Positions 1 through 12,315 are shown, counted from the first letter of the stretch. The stretch: 64,000 nt of DNA from Vulcanimicrobiota bacterium (GCA_963777315.1 CAVZQC010000005.1:128001-192000); one strand, 5' to 3'. Numbers and translations: made by a program. Notes: a model not told the origin generated them from the letters alone.

Positions 1-786
1 GCGCAAGGCCGGCGCGGCTCTGCGCTGCAGAAGAACTAAGGAACCTCTTAAAAACCCCCCACGCAGTCCATCGCCATGTCGCTTCTCGTCCAGTTCATCG
101 TTGCTGCGGCGGCCACGATCCGCTGCATTGCGTTCGTCCTCGCGCCTGGAACTGACCATAATCGCCACGGCACTGCACCACGGAGACTTCTTCAGCGATT
201 TCCCTAAAAAGCGGCGCCCGAATCCGAATGCCGTATACCGTGCCGTGGGCTCGGTACGTGCTACTTATGATGAAATGCATCCGCAAATGCATACGACGGG
301 CGGATCTGCCCGTCGAGCCGTACACGTCCATGTACGATCTTCGGATCTCCGGGTTTCTCATGGAGAGCGTTGATGCCGGTTACGCAACCGTGCAGCAGCG
401 GCTGGAAATTGGGCGATCTGTTCGGCTGCTGCGACGGATCCTGTTTGCGATCGGGTTCAAGGGAAGGCCATCTGTATGCGAACGAGAGCGATCCAAAGCG
501 CGTGCGTCGATCGGTGGTCCATCGCGTTCTACAACAGCACGCGTCCGCAGCTCGGCGCTTGGCGACGGCACAGCTTGAAGAACCGAAACCAGCTCTAAAG
601 GTCACAGCCGTAGCGCGGAACTCTACTTTTGCTTGCTATCGCCGGACCAATAGCGGCCTTTACATTTCACGGAGCCTGTTCGGCGATTTAGCAGGTTTGA
701 TTCGGCTTTCAAGGCCCGTTCAATGTCGGCGTGGCGAAATCAGAAACGGCCCTCGTAAAAGCGTTCACAAGGACCGTTCCCGGCTT

Positions 787-863
<77 letters not shown>

Positions 864-883
864 GTAGAAGCCTCATATACGCG

Positions 884-1936
884 ATGACCGCCGATGAATT
901 CCTGCGCGACGTCCCAAAAGTCCAACTGCACTGCCACTTAGAAGGGACGCTGCGCGCTTCCACGTTCCTGGACCTCGCTCGCCGGCACCGAGTTGCGCTC
1001 ACCTATAGATCCGGAGACAGTGATGGCTCGCTCGTTTCCGCCGAGCTGCTCTCAGCCGACTGCCGAACCGTCTATCGCTTCGCTGACTTCGGCGAATTCC
1101 TCATGACATTTGCAGCAGTAAGCCGCTCGCTCGCTAACCCCGAAGACTACCGCCGGTTGGCGCTGGAATACATCGAGGACGCGCAGCCGCAAAACGTCGT
1201 TTACGCCGAGCTGTTCATCTCGCCCTCGGTGTGGCGTTTCTTTCATCCCGAACTCGACGTGCGCGCGTGCGTGCAACAAATGCGTGCTGAATTTGATGCC
1301 GCTCTCAACGGCCCGCAAGTCAAATTGATCGTGGATTTGACGCGCAACTTCGGCGTGGAAAGCGCGATGCGAACCGCGCTGCTCGCTGCAGAACTGCAGG
1401 ACCTCGGCGTGATCGGCATTGGGTTGGGAGGCGACGAAGCGCGTTTTCCGGCGCAGATGTTCGCGCGGCCGTTCGATTACGCGCGCTCGCAAGGCCTGCA
1501 TGCCGTGGCGCATGCGGGCGAAGCCGCCGGAGCCGAGAGTGTGTGCGCTGCGATAGAAGTGTTGGGAGTCCAACGTATCGGCCATGGGTTACGCGCGCTC
1601 GAAGATCCGCGCGTCGTGGCGCTGCTCGCGCAGCGGCGCATTGCGCTGGAAGTTTGTCCGACCTCGAACTTCCTGACCGGCATCGCGCAGCGTGATAACC
1701 CCCACCCTCTGGTAGAACTCGACGCGGCCGGCTGTATCGTTACCATTGATGCAGACGATCCGGCGCTCTTTGCAACGAGCATCACCAACGAATACGCTTA
1801 CGTCGAACGGCTGTGCGGGCGTGAAACGCTGGTGCGTTTCATACGCAATGCGGTCGACGCGAGCTTCGCCGGTGCCACATGGAAGGCCGACATGCACTCG
1901 CGCCTCGAACGGTACATCCACAATGTCGGGACATAG
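884..1936 (+). CDS. add: Adenosine deaminase family protein
   Basis: PKVQLHCHLEG, AHAGE, RIGHG, EVCPTSN and DADDP motifs; start moved to ATG 884 because the ORF-track start lies inside the tRNA. Confidence 0.92.
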   Translation: MTADEFLRDVPKVQLHCHLEGTLRASTFLDLARRHRVALTYRSGDSDGSLVSAELLSADCRTVYRFADFGEFLMTFAAVSRSLANPEDYRRLALEYIEDAQPQNVVYAELFISPSVWRFFHPELDVRACVQQMRAEFDAALNGPQVKLIVDLTRNFGVESAMRTALLAAELQDLGVIGIGLGGDEARFPAQMFARPFDYARSQGLHAVAHAGEAAGAESVCAAIEVLGVQRIGHGLRALEDPRVVALLAQRRIALEVCPTSNFLTGIAQRDNPHPLVELDAAGCIVTIDADDPALFATSITNEYAYVERLCGRETLVRFIRNAVDASFAGATWKADMHSRLERYIHNVGT

Positions 1937-2588
1937 CCATTTTGCCGAATCGACCGAGGAATATCTCGAAGCGGTGTACCGCTTGGAACGGGAAGGCCCG
2001 GGCGTAAGCACATCCGGCCTTGCTTCCGAGCTCGGCGTCGCACCGGCGTCCGTGTCCGGTATGCTGAAAAAGCTCGCGGCGGAAGGCTACCTCGAACACG
2101 TCGCGCGCGGCGAGGTAACGCTTACGCGCAAAGGTCTGGAAGTTGCGGTTCGCGTGGTGCGGCGCCATCGTTTGGCGGAACGCTTGCTGACCGACGTGCT
2201 CGGCATGCCGTGGGACGAAGTCCAGCAGGAAGCTTGTATGCTCGAGCACGCCATTTCGGAAAACGTCGAGCAGCGGCTCATCGCGATTTTGGGCGATCCG
2301 CAAGTCTGTCCGCACGGGTTGCCGATCCCGCCCAAGGACTTGAGCGATCCGTCGCGGCTGGGAGTTCCGCTCGCGCAAGTCGACGTCGGCAGTGAAGCCG
2401 TCGTGCAGGGCGTTACCCAAGAAGTGCCCGAGATGCTGCGGTATTTGGGCGAAGTCGGTCTGCGTCCGGGTGCAAACGTGCGCGTTCACGACAAAGCGCC
2501 GCTGGGCGGCCCGTTGACCGTTGAGGTGCGCGAACGCAGGCACGCCATCTCGCTGGAACTTGCGCGCATGGTGCTGGTTACGGCTTGA
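1923..2588 (+). CDS. DtxR/MntR/IdeR-family metal-dependent repressor with C-terminal FeoA domain
   Basis: EEYLEAVYRL, RRHRLAERLL, EACMLEH, CPHG; FeoA-like LRYLGEVGLRPG...PLGGP. Confidence 0.92.
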   Translation: MSGHSHFAESTEEYLEAVYRLEREGPGVSTSGLASELGVAPASVSGMLKKLAAEGYLEHVARGEVTLTRKGLEVAVRVVRRHRLAERLLTDVLGMPWDEVQQEACMLEHAISENVEQRLIAILGDPQVCPHGLPIPPKDLSDPSRLGVPLAQVDVGSEAVVQGVTQEVPEMLRYLGEVGLRPGANVRVHDKAPLGGPLTVEVRERRHAISLELARMVLVTA

Positions 2589-3235
2589 TCACTCGCGCGC
2601 TCGTCGCGATCAACATCGTAGCGTTTCTTTGGGAGTTGCGCGTGGGCGGTTCCGGCGTGTTCAGCGGCGGCATTCCATCGGGAACCCTCATCGACGGCGG
2701 TTTGCTTTCGCCCAACTCCGTGCTGATCGGTCACGAATATTATCGCATCTTTACCAGCGCGTTTCTGCACGGCAGCATCGCGCACATCGGCCTGAACATG
2801 CTCTCGTTGTATTGGCTGGGCCGGTTCATCGAAGTGGTCCTCGGATCGTGGCGTACGCTGCTGGTGTATTTTGTCGCGCTGATCGTTTCGGGAATAAGCG
2901 TGGTGCTATTTTCGCCGCCAAACGCCGCAACGCTGGGCGCGAGCGGCGCGATCTTCGGTTTGTTCGGAGCGCTGTTTGCGATCGGGTTGAAGCTCGGAGA
3001 TCGCGGCAAAGACTTGGTGCGCGCGAACGTCGGCATCCTGGTGCTCAATCTCATCTGGAGTTTCGCCGTTCCCGGAATATCGTGGCAGGCGCACGTCGGA
3101 GGCTTGGTTTCCGGTTTCATCCTCACGTATCTCATTTTCTGGCCGCCGCGCCCGGTGTTTACGCGCGTGTACGATCCGCACAGCGGGGCGCAGTACGATT
3201 CGCAGCTCGAGATGCCCGATGACGATCGCCATTGA
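2585..3235 (+). CDS. Rhomboid-family intramembrane serine protease
   Basis: FLHGSIAHIGLNM, GASGAIFG, AHVGG; multiple TM helices. Confidence 0.93.
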   Translation: MITRALVAINIVAFLWELRVGGSGVFSGGIPSGTLIDGGLLSPNSVLIGHEYYRIFTSAFLHGSIAHIGLNMLSLYWLGRFIEVVLGSWRTLLVYFVALIVSGISVVLFSPPNAATLGASGAIFGLFGALFAIGLKLGDRGKDLVRANVGILVLNLIWSFAVPGISWQAHVGGLVSGFILTYLIFWPPRPVFTRVYDPHSGAQYDSQLEMPDDDRH

Positions 3236-5150
3236 CGACGTCTTTGCACCGAACGGCCCGATAGAGCGTGCGCTCGCGGGCTTTGAAGCGCGGCCTGGTC
3301 AGGTGCAGATGGCGCAGCTCATCGAACGCGGGTTTCTCGAAGGGATGCACACGATCGTCGAAGCCGGAACCGGCGTAGGCAAATCGCTGGCGTATCTGGT
3401 GCCCGCGCTGCGCAGCGGAAAGAAAGTCGTGCTGTCGACCGGCACGATTGCGCTGCAGGAACAGCTCGTCCTCAAAGACATTCCGCTGGTGACGCGCGCC
3501 CTGGACATTCGCGCGCGCATCACGTTGCTCAAAGGCCGCAGTCACTACCTATGCAAGCAAAAGCTCGAGCGCATGCGTTCGGAGCGTTTGCTCGCGTCGT
3601 CGTCGACGATGGAGCGGATGTGGGCGTGGGGTGCGTCAACGGAAACCGGCGATCGCGCCGAGTTGCCATTCGTGCCGCCGGGCGATGAATGGGAGCAGCT
3701 TGATGCCGACGCGGACGATTGCGTTGGGGAGTTTTGCGAGCATTTCCGCGACTGTTTTTTCTTTCGCAAGCGAGATGAAGCGAAATATGCCGATGTCGTC
3801 GTCGTCAATCATGCGCTCTTTTTTCTGGATCTCGCAATGGGAGGCGGATTGCTGCCGCCCTACGATTTTGCCGTATTGGACGAGGCGCATCAGTGCGAGC
3901 GCTGGGCGACGGCCGCTCTGACCGCGACGCTGTCGCGTTCGACGATCGCGCGCATGCTGCGCAAGCTGCATCGTTCGTACTCGCTGCCAGGGCATTTCGA
4001 CGGCGAATTCGATCGCGGCGTGCGCGGTTTGGAATCGGCGCTGGCGCGCGTTCCGGGCGACCGCTATCCGCTTGCCGCCAACGACGAGGCTGGCCCCGCG
4101 CTGGAGTCGCTGCGCGAGACGCTGTACAAGCTGGAGAACTGGCTGTACGCCAACTGGCACGACGCGCTCAAAAAACGGACGCAAGGTGATGCTTCGGCTG
4201 CGTCGGTGCAGGCCGCCGAACGCAGGCGCGATTTGGCGATGCGAACGATATTGGCGCACCAAGCGACGATCGAACGCGCGCAGTCGCCGCCTGAAACGGC
4301 GATTGCATGGGTCGAGCGCAGCGAAAGCGACGCGCGCTATCAAATCAGCAGCGCGCCGTTCGACGTTGCCGATTTTTTGCAGGCTGCGCTGTTCGAGCGC
4401 ACGCCCAGCGTCGTGCTTACCAGCGCGACCATCGCAAACGGGGCTTGGGGCGAGGCCGGTCCATTCGGTTTCCTCAAGGAATCGCTTGGTGTCACTCGCG
4501 CGCAGGAGCTCATTGCACCCTCGCCGTTCGACTTCCCCAAACAAGCGCGCTTGTACGTGGCTTCGTCCGCGCTCAATCCGAAATCCGAAAACTTTGCGCG
4601 CCGAGCGGCGCCCGTGGTTGAAGAATGTTTGGATCGCAGCCGGGGGCGAGCGTTCGTGCTGTTTACCTCTTATGCGCGGCTGCGCGAAGTGTACGCGCTG
4701 GTGCGCGAGCGAATCGCGTTTCCGGTGCGGCTGCAAGGCGAACTGCCGCGTCCGCGCCTTCTGCAGTGGTTTCGCTCGACGCCCAACGCCGTGCTCTTCG
4801 CAACCGGAACGTTTTGGGAAGGAATCGACGTGGTCGGCGAACAGCTCTCGTGCGTCATCATCGATCGCCTTCCGTTCCCTTCACCCACCGATCCGCTCGT
4901 GCGCGCGCGCATCGAAGCGCTCGAGAGCCGCGGGCGCAGCGGGTTCGATCACTACATGATTCCATCCGCTGTCGTGCGTCTCAAGCAGGGGTTCGGGCGT
5001 CTCATCCGCAGTAAGAGCGATCGCGGGCTCGTTGCCATTTTGGATGGCCGCGCTGCATCGTCGCGGTACGGCAAGGTCATTCTCGATGCATTGCCGCCTG
5101 CCACGCGGATATCTCACCTCGAAGAGTTGACGGAGTTTTTCGATCGATGA
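3219..5150 (+). CDS. dinG: DinG/YoaA-family ATP-dependent DNA helicase with Fe-S cysteines
   Basis: EAGTGVGKS, LKGRSHYLC, DEAH, LTSAT, FWEGIDV, QGFGRLIR. Confidence 0.93.
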   Translation: MTIAIDDVFAPNGPIERALAGFEARPGQVQMAQLIERGFLEGMHTIVEAGTGVGKSLAYLVPALRSGKKVVLSTGTIALQEQLVLKDIPLVTRALDIRARITLLKGRSHYLCKQKLERMRSERLLASSSTMERMWAWGASTETGDRAELPFVPPGDEWEQLDADADDCVGEFCEHFRDCFFFRKRDEAKYADVVVVNHALFFLDLAMGGGLLPPYDFAVLDEAHQCERWATAALTATLSRSTIARMLRKLHRSYSLPGHFDGEFDRGVRGLESALARVPGDRYPLAANDEAGPALESLRETLYKLENWLYANWHDALKKRTQGDASAASVQAAERRRDLAMRTILAHQATIERAQSPPETAIAWVERSESDARYQISSAPFDVADFLQAALFERTPSVVLTSATIANGAWGEAGPFGFLKESLGVTRAQELIAPSPFDFPKQARLYVASSALNPKSENFARRAAPVVEECLDRSRGRAFVLFTSYARLREVYALVRERIAFPVRLQGELPRPRLLQWFRSTPNAVLFATGTFWEGIDVVGEQLSCVIIDRLPFPSPTDPLVRARIEALESRGRSGFDHYMIPSAVVRLKQGFGRLIRSKSDRGLVAILDGRAASSRYGKVILDALPPATRISHLEELTEFFDR

Positions 5151-6166
5151 AAACACGATTCGCCTGTACGATCGCTTTGGCGATGCTCTGCTGCAGCGCA
5201 CCGGCGTTCGCGTGGGGATCTAAAGGCCACACGATCGTAAACCACCTCGCAGCGTTGAGTTTTGCGGGCCGCATGCCGGCGTTTTTGACCGGTTCCTGGA
5301 GTGCATACGAGATCGGTTTTCTCGGCCCGGAGCCCGACGAGTTGAAGGATGCGGGCCGGTCGTGGGATGCCGATTACGATCCGGGGCATTACGTGGATTT
5401 GCGCGACGACGGCAGCATCGCGGGCGCCGTTTGGATCGACCGCCTCGCGGCTGATCGGCAGGCTTACGATACCGCGCTGCGCGCCTCGAACACCGATCAG
5501 TACAAACAGGGATATCTGCCGTACGCGATCTTGGACGGCTGGGAGCAGTTGCGTAAAGACTTTGCGTACTGGCGTGTCGATAACTATACGGCATCACGCG
5601 CTCGCACGCGCGCGGCGCGCCTGATAGCGGTGGACGATCGCAGCATCGAGGAAAGCATTACCAAACGCGACCTTGGGATGTGGGGACATTTCGTGGCGGA
5701 CGCATGCCAGCCGCTGCACGTCACCGTGCACTTCAACGGTTGGGGGCCCTATCCCAATCCCAATGGCTACACGCAGGATCGCACGACGCATTCGCAGTTT
5801 GAAAGCGAATTTGTCGACCGCTACGTGAGCGAAAAAGGCGTCGCCCAATTGATGCAGCACGCGTCGAGCCTCTCAGCGCCGACCGCGCTGATCTCCCAGA
5901 CCGACGTCATGAAGGTGATCGCGCGCTACCTGCTTGCGAGCAATCGAACCGTCGCGCAATTGTACGACATCGAGAAAACCGGCGGTTTTGGCGACGGCTC
6001 ACCGCAGGCGATTCGGTTTACGCAAATGCGGCTGGCCGCCGGAGCAATGGAACTGCGCGATCTTTCCGTGTGGGCGTGGCAGGACAGCTTGTACGCAACG
6101 GTCGGCTACCCGAACGAAACGGTGCGCGACGTCCTCTCGGGTAAGGCGCCCTGGCCGCAGCGTTGA
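5147..6166 (+). CDS. Secreted S1/P1-family nuclease
   Basis: Signal peptide followed by WGSKGH; GHFVADACQPLH zinc-ligand motif; H...FES. Confidence 0.82.
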   Translation: MKTRFACTIALAMLCCSAPAFAWGSKGHTIVNHLAALSFAGRMPAFLTGSWSAYEIGFLGPEPDELKDAGRSWDADYDPGHYVDLRDDGSIAGAVWIDRLAADRQAYDTALRASNTDQYKQGYLPYAILDGWEQLRKDFAYWRVDNYTASRARTRAARLIAVDDRSIEESITKRDLGMWGHFVADACQPLHVTVHFNGWGPYPNPNGYTQDRTTHSQFESEFVDRYVSEKGVAQLMQHASSLSAPTALISQTDVMKVIARYLLASNRTVAQLYDIEKTGGFGDGSPQAIRFTQMRLAAGAMELRDLSVWAWQDSLYATVGYPNETVRDVLSGKAPWPQR

Positions 6167-6174
6167 TCCGGTAA

Positions 6175-8130
<1,956 letters not shown>

Positions 8131-8179
8131 TCATGCGTTTTACCGGGAACTCACGCGCATGCCTGCCGAAAATAACCGG

Positions 8180-8647
8180 GTGAACGTTTCCGCGCTCGTG
8201 CTTGCAGTCCTTACGAGCACCGGCCTTGCGACGGTGCAGTACGGTGCACCGCCGCCGGATTTTCAAGTGCCGACCTCGCAGGGCAGCCGCCCGCTTTCGC
8301 AACTGCGCGGCAAACCGGTCGTTATCAACTTTTGGGCGACCTGGTGTCCGCCGTGCACCAGCGAGTTGCCGTATTTCGAGCGTCTCGCGCAACGTTACGG
8401 CGACCGCATCCGCATCATCACCGTCGATTGGAATGAACCGCCGGACGTCGCGCTCGACTACTTGCGCGGTCAGGGGCTCGATTTATCGCTCATTTCCGAC
8501 CGGCAAGGCAAGATTTACAAAGCTTACTCGCTTTCCGAGGTGCCGGACACGGTTGTGCTCGATTCCGACGGAAAAGTGGCCTATGTTTCCGTCGGTGGCC
8601 TTTCCTGGAACGAGCTCGTGAGCGCCGTCGAGAAGGTTTTGCAGTAA
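8180..8647 (+). CDS. TlpA/ResA-family thiol-disulfide oxidoreductase
   Basis: VVINFWATWCPPC, N-terminal hydrophobic stretch; start uncertain (GTG 8180 or ATG 8159). Confidence 0.88.
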   Translation: MNVSALVLAVLTSTGLATVQYGAPPPDFQVPTSQGSRPLSQLRGKPVVINFWATWCPPCTSELPYFERLAQRYGDRIRIITVDWNEPPDVALDYLRGQGLDLSLISDRQGKIYKAYSLSEVPDTVVLDSDGKVAYVSVGGLSWNELVSAVEKVLQ

Positions 8648-8651
8648 AGTC

Positions 8652-8678
8652 TTGGCACTCCGCTGCCGAGATTGCTAA
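8652..8678 (+). promoter_or_regulatory. CIRCE element (HrcA operator)
   Basis: TTGGCACTC-N9-GATTGCTAA versus consensus TTAGCACTC-N9-GAGTGCTAA, 9 nt upstream of the hrcA ATG. Confidence 0.9.
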
Positions 8679-8687
8679 GATAACGAC

Positions 8688-9758
8688 ATGAACAGCGGCG
8701 AACCGAGCGGCGGCGTGCCTTCGGGCGAACTCGACAAGCGCAAAGCCTATATTCTGGCCACGGTGGTGTACGAGTACATCGCCACGGCGGAGCCTGTCGC
8801 ATCGCAAACGCTCACGCACAAGTACAGCCTGGGCGTCAGCTCGGCAACCGTCCGCAACGAGATGGCGGAATTAGAAGCGGGCGGTTACCTGGTGCAGCCG
8901 CACACGTCGGCGGGCCGCGTGCCGTCGGATGCCGGATACCGTCTGTACGTCGATCATCTCATGCAGCCCGAACGGCTCGGACCGGGCGATCGCCGGCGCA
9001 TTCGCGACGAGTTGCGCGATGCCAGCCGCGAGCTCGACGAAATCATCGAAGGCACTACACGCTTGCTCGGGCGGCTATCCAAAAATTTGGCCTTCGTCAC
9101 CAAGCCCGCTCCCGAAACCACGACGTTCCGGCATCTTCAGTTGATCTGGCTTTCGCCGCGAACCGGCGTGGCAATCGTCGTGACGTCGTTGGGCGTTTCG
9201 GCGCAATCGCTGTTCGAGCTCGCGGCCGACGTGACGCCGGACGATCTCACCAACCTTTCCAACGCGCTCAATGCGCGTTTGGGCAATCGGGTGCTGCGCG
9301 ACATCGCCGAGAGCGATATCGGAACGGCAATTGCGCAGTTGGGATTGCACGACGATCTGAAAAACGCCGTGCTGGCCGCGCTGCGCACCGTACGCTCGGG
9401 CGAGCAGCAGCCGCTCACGTCTTCCGGAGCGCAAAATTTGCTCGATCAGCCCGAGTTCCATGATCTTCGCAAGCTGCGCTCGATTTTGCGCATCGTCGAA
9501 GAGCAGAAGACGCTGTACGACGTCGTGGCCGATTCCATCAACGTTGAATCGCCGTCGGTGAAAATCGGCCGCGAGCTGGGCGTGGAAGAGATGACGGATT
9601 TCAGCATCGTCACGGTGCCGTACCGTTTCGGACAGCACGCGATTGGCATGCTGTCCATTTTGGGGCCGCGCCGCATGCCGTACGCGCGTTTGATGGCGCT
9701 GGCTTCGGGTACGGCAGAAACGCTTTCCGAACGCCTTTCCGACGTAGAGATCAAATAA
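8688..9758 (+). CDS. hrcA: Heat-inducible transcription repressor HrcA
   Basis: SSATVRNEMAELE, QPHTSAGRVPSDAGYR, GPRRMPY; CIRCE upstream and dnaJ downstream. Confidence 0.97.
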   Translation: MNSGEPSGGVPSGELDKRKAYILATVVYEYIATAEPVASQTLTHKYSLGVSSATVRNEMAELEAGGYLVQPHTSAGRVPSDAGYRLYVDHLMQPERLGPGDRRRIRDELRDASRELDEIIEGTTRLLGRLSKNLAFVTKPAPETTTFRHLQLIWLSPRTGVAIVVTSLGVSAQSLFELAADVTPDDLTNLSNALNARLGNRVLRDIAESDIGTAIAQLGLHDDLKNAVLAALRTVRSGEQQPLTSSGAQNLLDQPEFHDLRKLRSILRIVEEQKTLYDVVADSINVESPSVKIGRELGVEEMTDFSIVTVPYRFGQHAIGMLSILGPRRMPYARLMALASGTAETLSERLSDVEIK

Positions 9759-9765
9759 CCGTTTA

Positions 9766-10923
9766 ATGCCCACCAAAGACCTGTACGAAGTGCTCGGCGT
9801 GAGCCGCGGCGCGAATCCGGACGATATCAAGCGCGCGTATCGCTCGCTCGCGCGCAAGCATCATCCCGACGTCGCCGAAAACAAAGCCGAAGCCGAACAC
9901 CGCTTCAAAGAGATAAACCAGGCGTACGAAGTGCTTTCGGACCCGCAAAAGCGCGCGCAGTACGATCGCTTCGGTACGGTCGGCAACGGTTCGGCCGCTG
10001 GCCAGGGCTTCGGCGATTTCGGTTTCGCCAATGGGTTCGGCGGCACGGGTTTCGGCGACATCTTCGACATTTTCTTCGGCGACCGAACCGGCGGCCAGCA
10101 AACGCAGGCGCGTCGCGGCGGTCCGGCTCGCGGCTCGGATCTGCGCTACGATTTGGTCATAACGCTTGAAGAAGCGTTTGCGGGCACCTCGCACGACATT
10201 CACTTCAACCATCTCGCCCAATGCGAAACCTGCCACGGATCCGGCGCCGCTCCGGGAACGCTGGTTGTGCCGTGCGATCGCTGCAGCGGTACGGGCGTCA
10301 TGCGCATGTCGCGGCAAACGCCGCTCGGACAATTCGTCACGCAATCGACGTGCACGCAGTGCGGCGGCGAAGGGCAGCTGATCCGACAGCCGTGCCAAGC
10401 GTGCTCGGGACGCGGCCGGCGCGAAGTCGAACGCAACTTGAGCGTCAAGATTCCGCCCGGCGTCGACGACGGCAGCCGCATCCGCATCACCGGCAGCGGC
10501 GAAGCGGGGATTCACGGCGGTCCGCCGGGCGATCTGTACGTGTATCTGAGCATCGCGCCGCATGCGCTGTTCAAGCGCGACGGATTGGATACGTACGTCG
10601 AGGTTCCGCTCAGCTTTGCGCAGGCAGCGCTCGGAGCAACGACCGCTGTGCCTTCGCTCGAAGGCGATCTGCAGCTCGCGGTGCATTCGGGCACGCAAAG
10701 CGGCACGACTTTTCGCATTCGCGGTCACGGCATGCCCGGCGTGCGCGGAGGTCAGCGCGGCGATCACGTCGTCACCGTTCACGTCGCCGTACCCACGAAG
10801 TTGACCAAACAGCAGCGCGAACTGCTCGAAGAATATGCGCGCTTGGAGACCGCGGCCGGCGGACACGGCGGCGAGGAGCGGTCGTTTTTCGATAAGGTGA
10901 AGGACGCGTTCAAGCCTGAATAG
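9766..10923 (+). CDS. dnaJ: Chaperone DnaJ
   Basis: J domain with HPD, G/F-rich region, four CxxCxGxG repeats. Confidence 0.98.
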   Translation: MPTKDLYEVLGVSRGANPDDIKRAYRSLARKHHPDVAENKAEAEHRFKEINQAYEVLSDPQKRAQYDRFGTVGNGSAAGQGFGDFGFANGFGGTGFGDIFDIFFGDRTGGQQTQARRGGPARGSDLRYDLVITLEEAFAGTSHDIHFNHLAQCETCHGSGAAPGTLVVPCDRCSGTGVMRMSRQTPLGQFVTQSTCTQCGGEGQLIRQPCQACSGRGRREVERNLSVKIPPGVDDGSRIRITGSGEAGIHGGPPGDLYVYLSIAPHALFKRDGLDTYVEVPLSFAQAALGATTAVPSLEGDLQLAVHSGTQSGTTFRIRGHGMPGVRGGQRGDHVVTVHVAVPTKLTKQQRELLEEYARLETAAGGHGGEERSFFDKVKDAFKPE

Positions 10924-11641
10924 ATTCTTCGTGCCGGGAGCTCACGAGCCCGGAGATGCCGTTCGATTCCAAGGCAGCGACGCGCACAAGATCTCCGCTG
11001 TGCTGCGCCTGCGCGAAGGCGATTCCATCGAAGTGATCGACTCCCGCGCGCAGCGCTTTCTCGCCTCGATTCAAAACGCGGGGCGTTCGGTGGACGCCGT
11101 GCTCGAACGGCGGCTCGAGCCCGTAGCCGCAAGCGGTTTCGCAATTACCGTTGCGCAAGGCGTTCCAAAAGGTCAGCGCATGGATTTTGCCGTCGAGAAG
11201 CTCACCGAACTGGGCGTCGAGGCGATCGTGCCTCTGCGTTCCGAACGGACGATCGTTACCGTCGGTGCGAACAAACTCGAGCGGTGGCGGCGTTTGGCGC
11301 GCGTCGCCGCGCAGCAATGCGGGCGCGATCGCATTCCGGAAATCACGCAGCCGGTGGGTTGCGAGGAGCTGATCGCGCGTTTCGATCAATACGACTGCGT
11401 GCTGTTTGTGTGGGAGCTCGCGCGTGATGCAGCGAGCGCCCAGCCGCTGCCGATGCTCGTCGCGCATGCGCGCCGGATTCTCGCCATCGTGGGCCCTGAA
11501 GGCGGATTCTCGCATGCCGAAGCGCAGGCAGCGCAATCGGCCGGCGCTCATCTCGTTTCGCTTGGGTCTCGCATTCTGCGCACGGAAACCGCGGGGCTGG
11601 CGCTCGTGTCCGTCCTGAATTACCTGTCCGAAAACGCCTGA
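10916..11641 (+). CDS. rsmE: 16S rRNA m3U1498 methyltransferase RsmE
   Basis: VLRL, EKLTELGV, VGPEGGFS, LGSRILRTETA; start proposed at CTG 10916 (giving MNRFFVP), alternative GTG 10931. Confidence 0.93.
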   Translation: MNRFFVPGAHEPGDAVRFQGSDAHKISAVLRLREGDSIEVIDSRAQRFLASIQNAGRSVDAVLERRLEPVAASGFAITVAQGVPKGQRMDFAVEKLTELGVEAIVPLRSERTIVTVGANKLERWRRLARVAAQQCGRDRIPEITQPVGCEELIARFDQYDCVLFVWELARDAASAQPLPMLVAHARRILAIVGPEGGFSHAEAQAAQSAGAHLVSLGSRILRTETAGLALVSVLNYLSENA

Positions 11642-11744
11642 ACGCACTTCGAACCCACCGCGCGTCCAATCGGCACTCAGGCAGGGTAGCGGGCGGTTTT
11701 CCGGAAAGCGACCCCCATAAGGACACTTCTTGGAGGAGATGCTT

Positions 11745-12296
11745 ATGCATAGACCTGCGCTATTCGGCGTTTTTCTTAGCGCCGCAGTACTCGTATCGTT
11801 TGCGCTGCCGCGCATATCCGTTGCCGCGCCGGCGGCCGCCCCCACACCGGTGCCGGTGCACCGCCCCGACTTTTCTTCGATGAACTTCATGCTCGGAACG
11901 TGGCGTTGCCATTCAACGCTTCGGGGAAAGAATCGCCCGGACACATCCACGACGACGATGACGCTCGACGGCGCGTACATGGTCACGCACGACGTCGCGC
12001 CGCCCTTTGACAAATACCGCACGCAGGCCGTGCGAACCGATTCCTACATGACCTACAATCCACGAACCCATCTTTGGGTCACGATCAGCGTGGACAACTT
12101 CGCCGGCTATGGTGCAGTGACGTCACCGGGCTGGCGTGGCAATACGATGACCTCGACGCTCGTGGCTTCCCAGGACGGCTCGAGCGGCAGCGACACGCTG
12201 ACCAAAGTGAGCGATACGCAGACGCGCGACGTTGCAACCAATAAAACCAAGGACGGTCACGTAACGCACACCACCACGATGTGTAACAAATCGTAG
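11745..12296 (+). CDS. Hypothetical secreted protein (beta-rich)
   Basis: GGAGGAG SD, signal peptide, Pro-rich linker, FMLGTWRC motif. Confidence 0.75.
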   Translation: MHRPALFGVFLSAAVLVSFALPRISVAAPAAAPTPVPVHRPDFSSMNFMLGTWRCHSTLRGKNRPDTSTTTMTLDGAYMVTHDVAPPFDKYRTQAVRTDSYMTYNPRTHLWVTISVDNFAGYGAVTSPGWRGNTMTSTLVASQDGSSGSDTLTKVSDTQTRDVATNKTKDGHVTHTTTMCNKS

Positions 12297-12315
12297 TCGT
12301 TCGCACACGCGCCCT

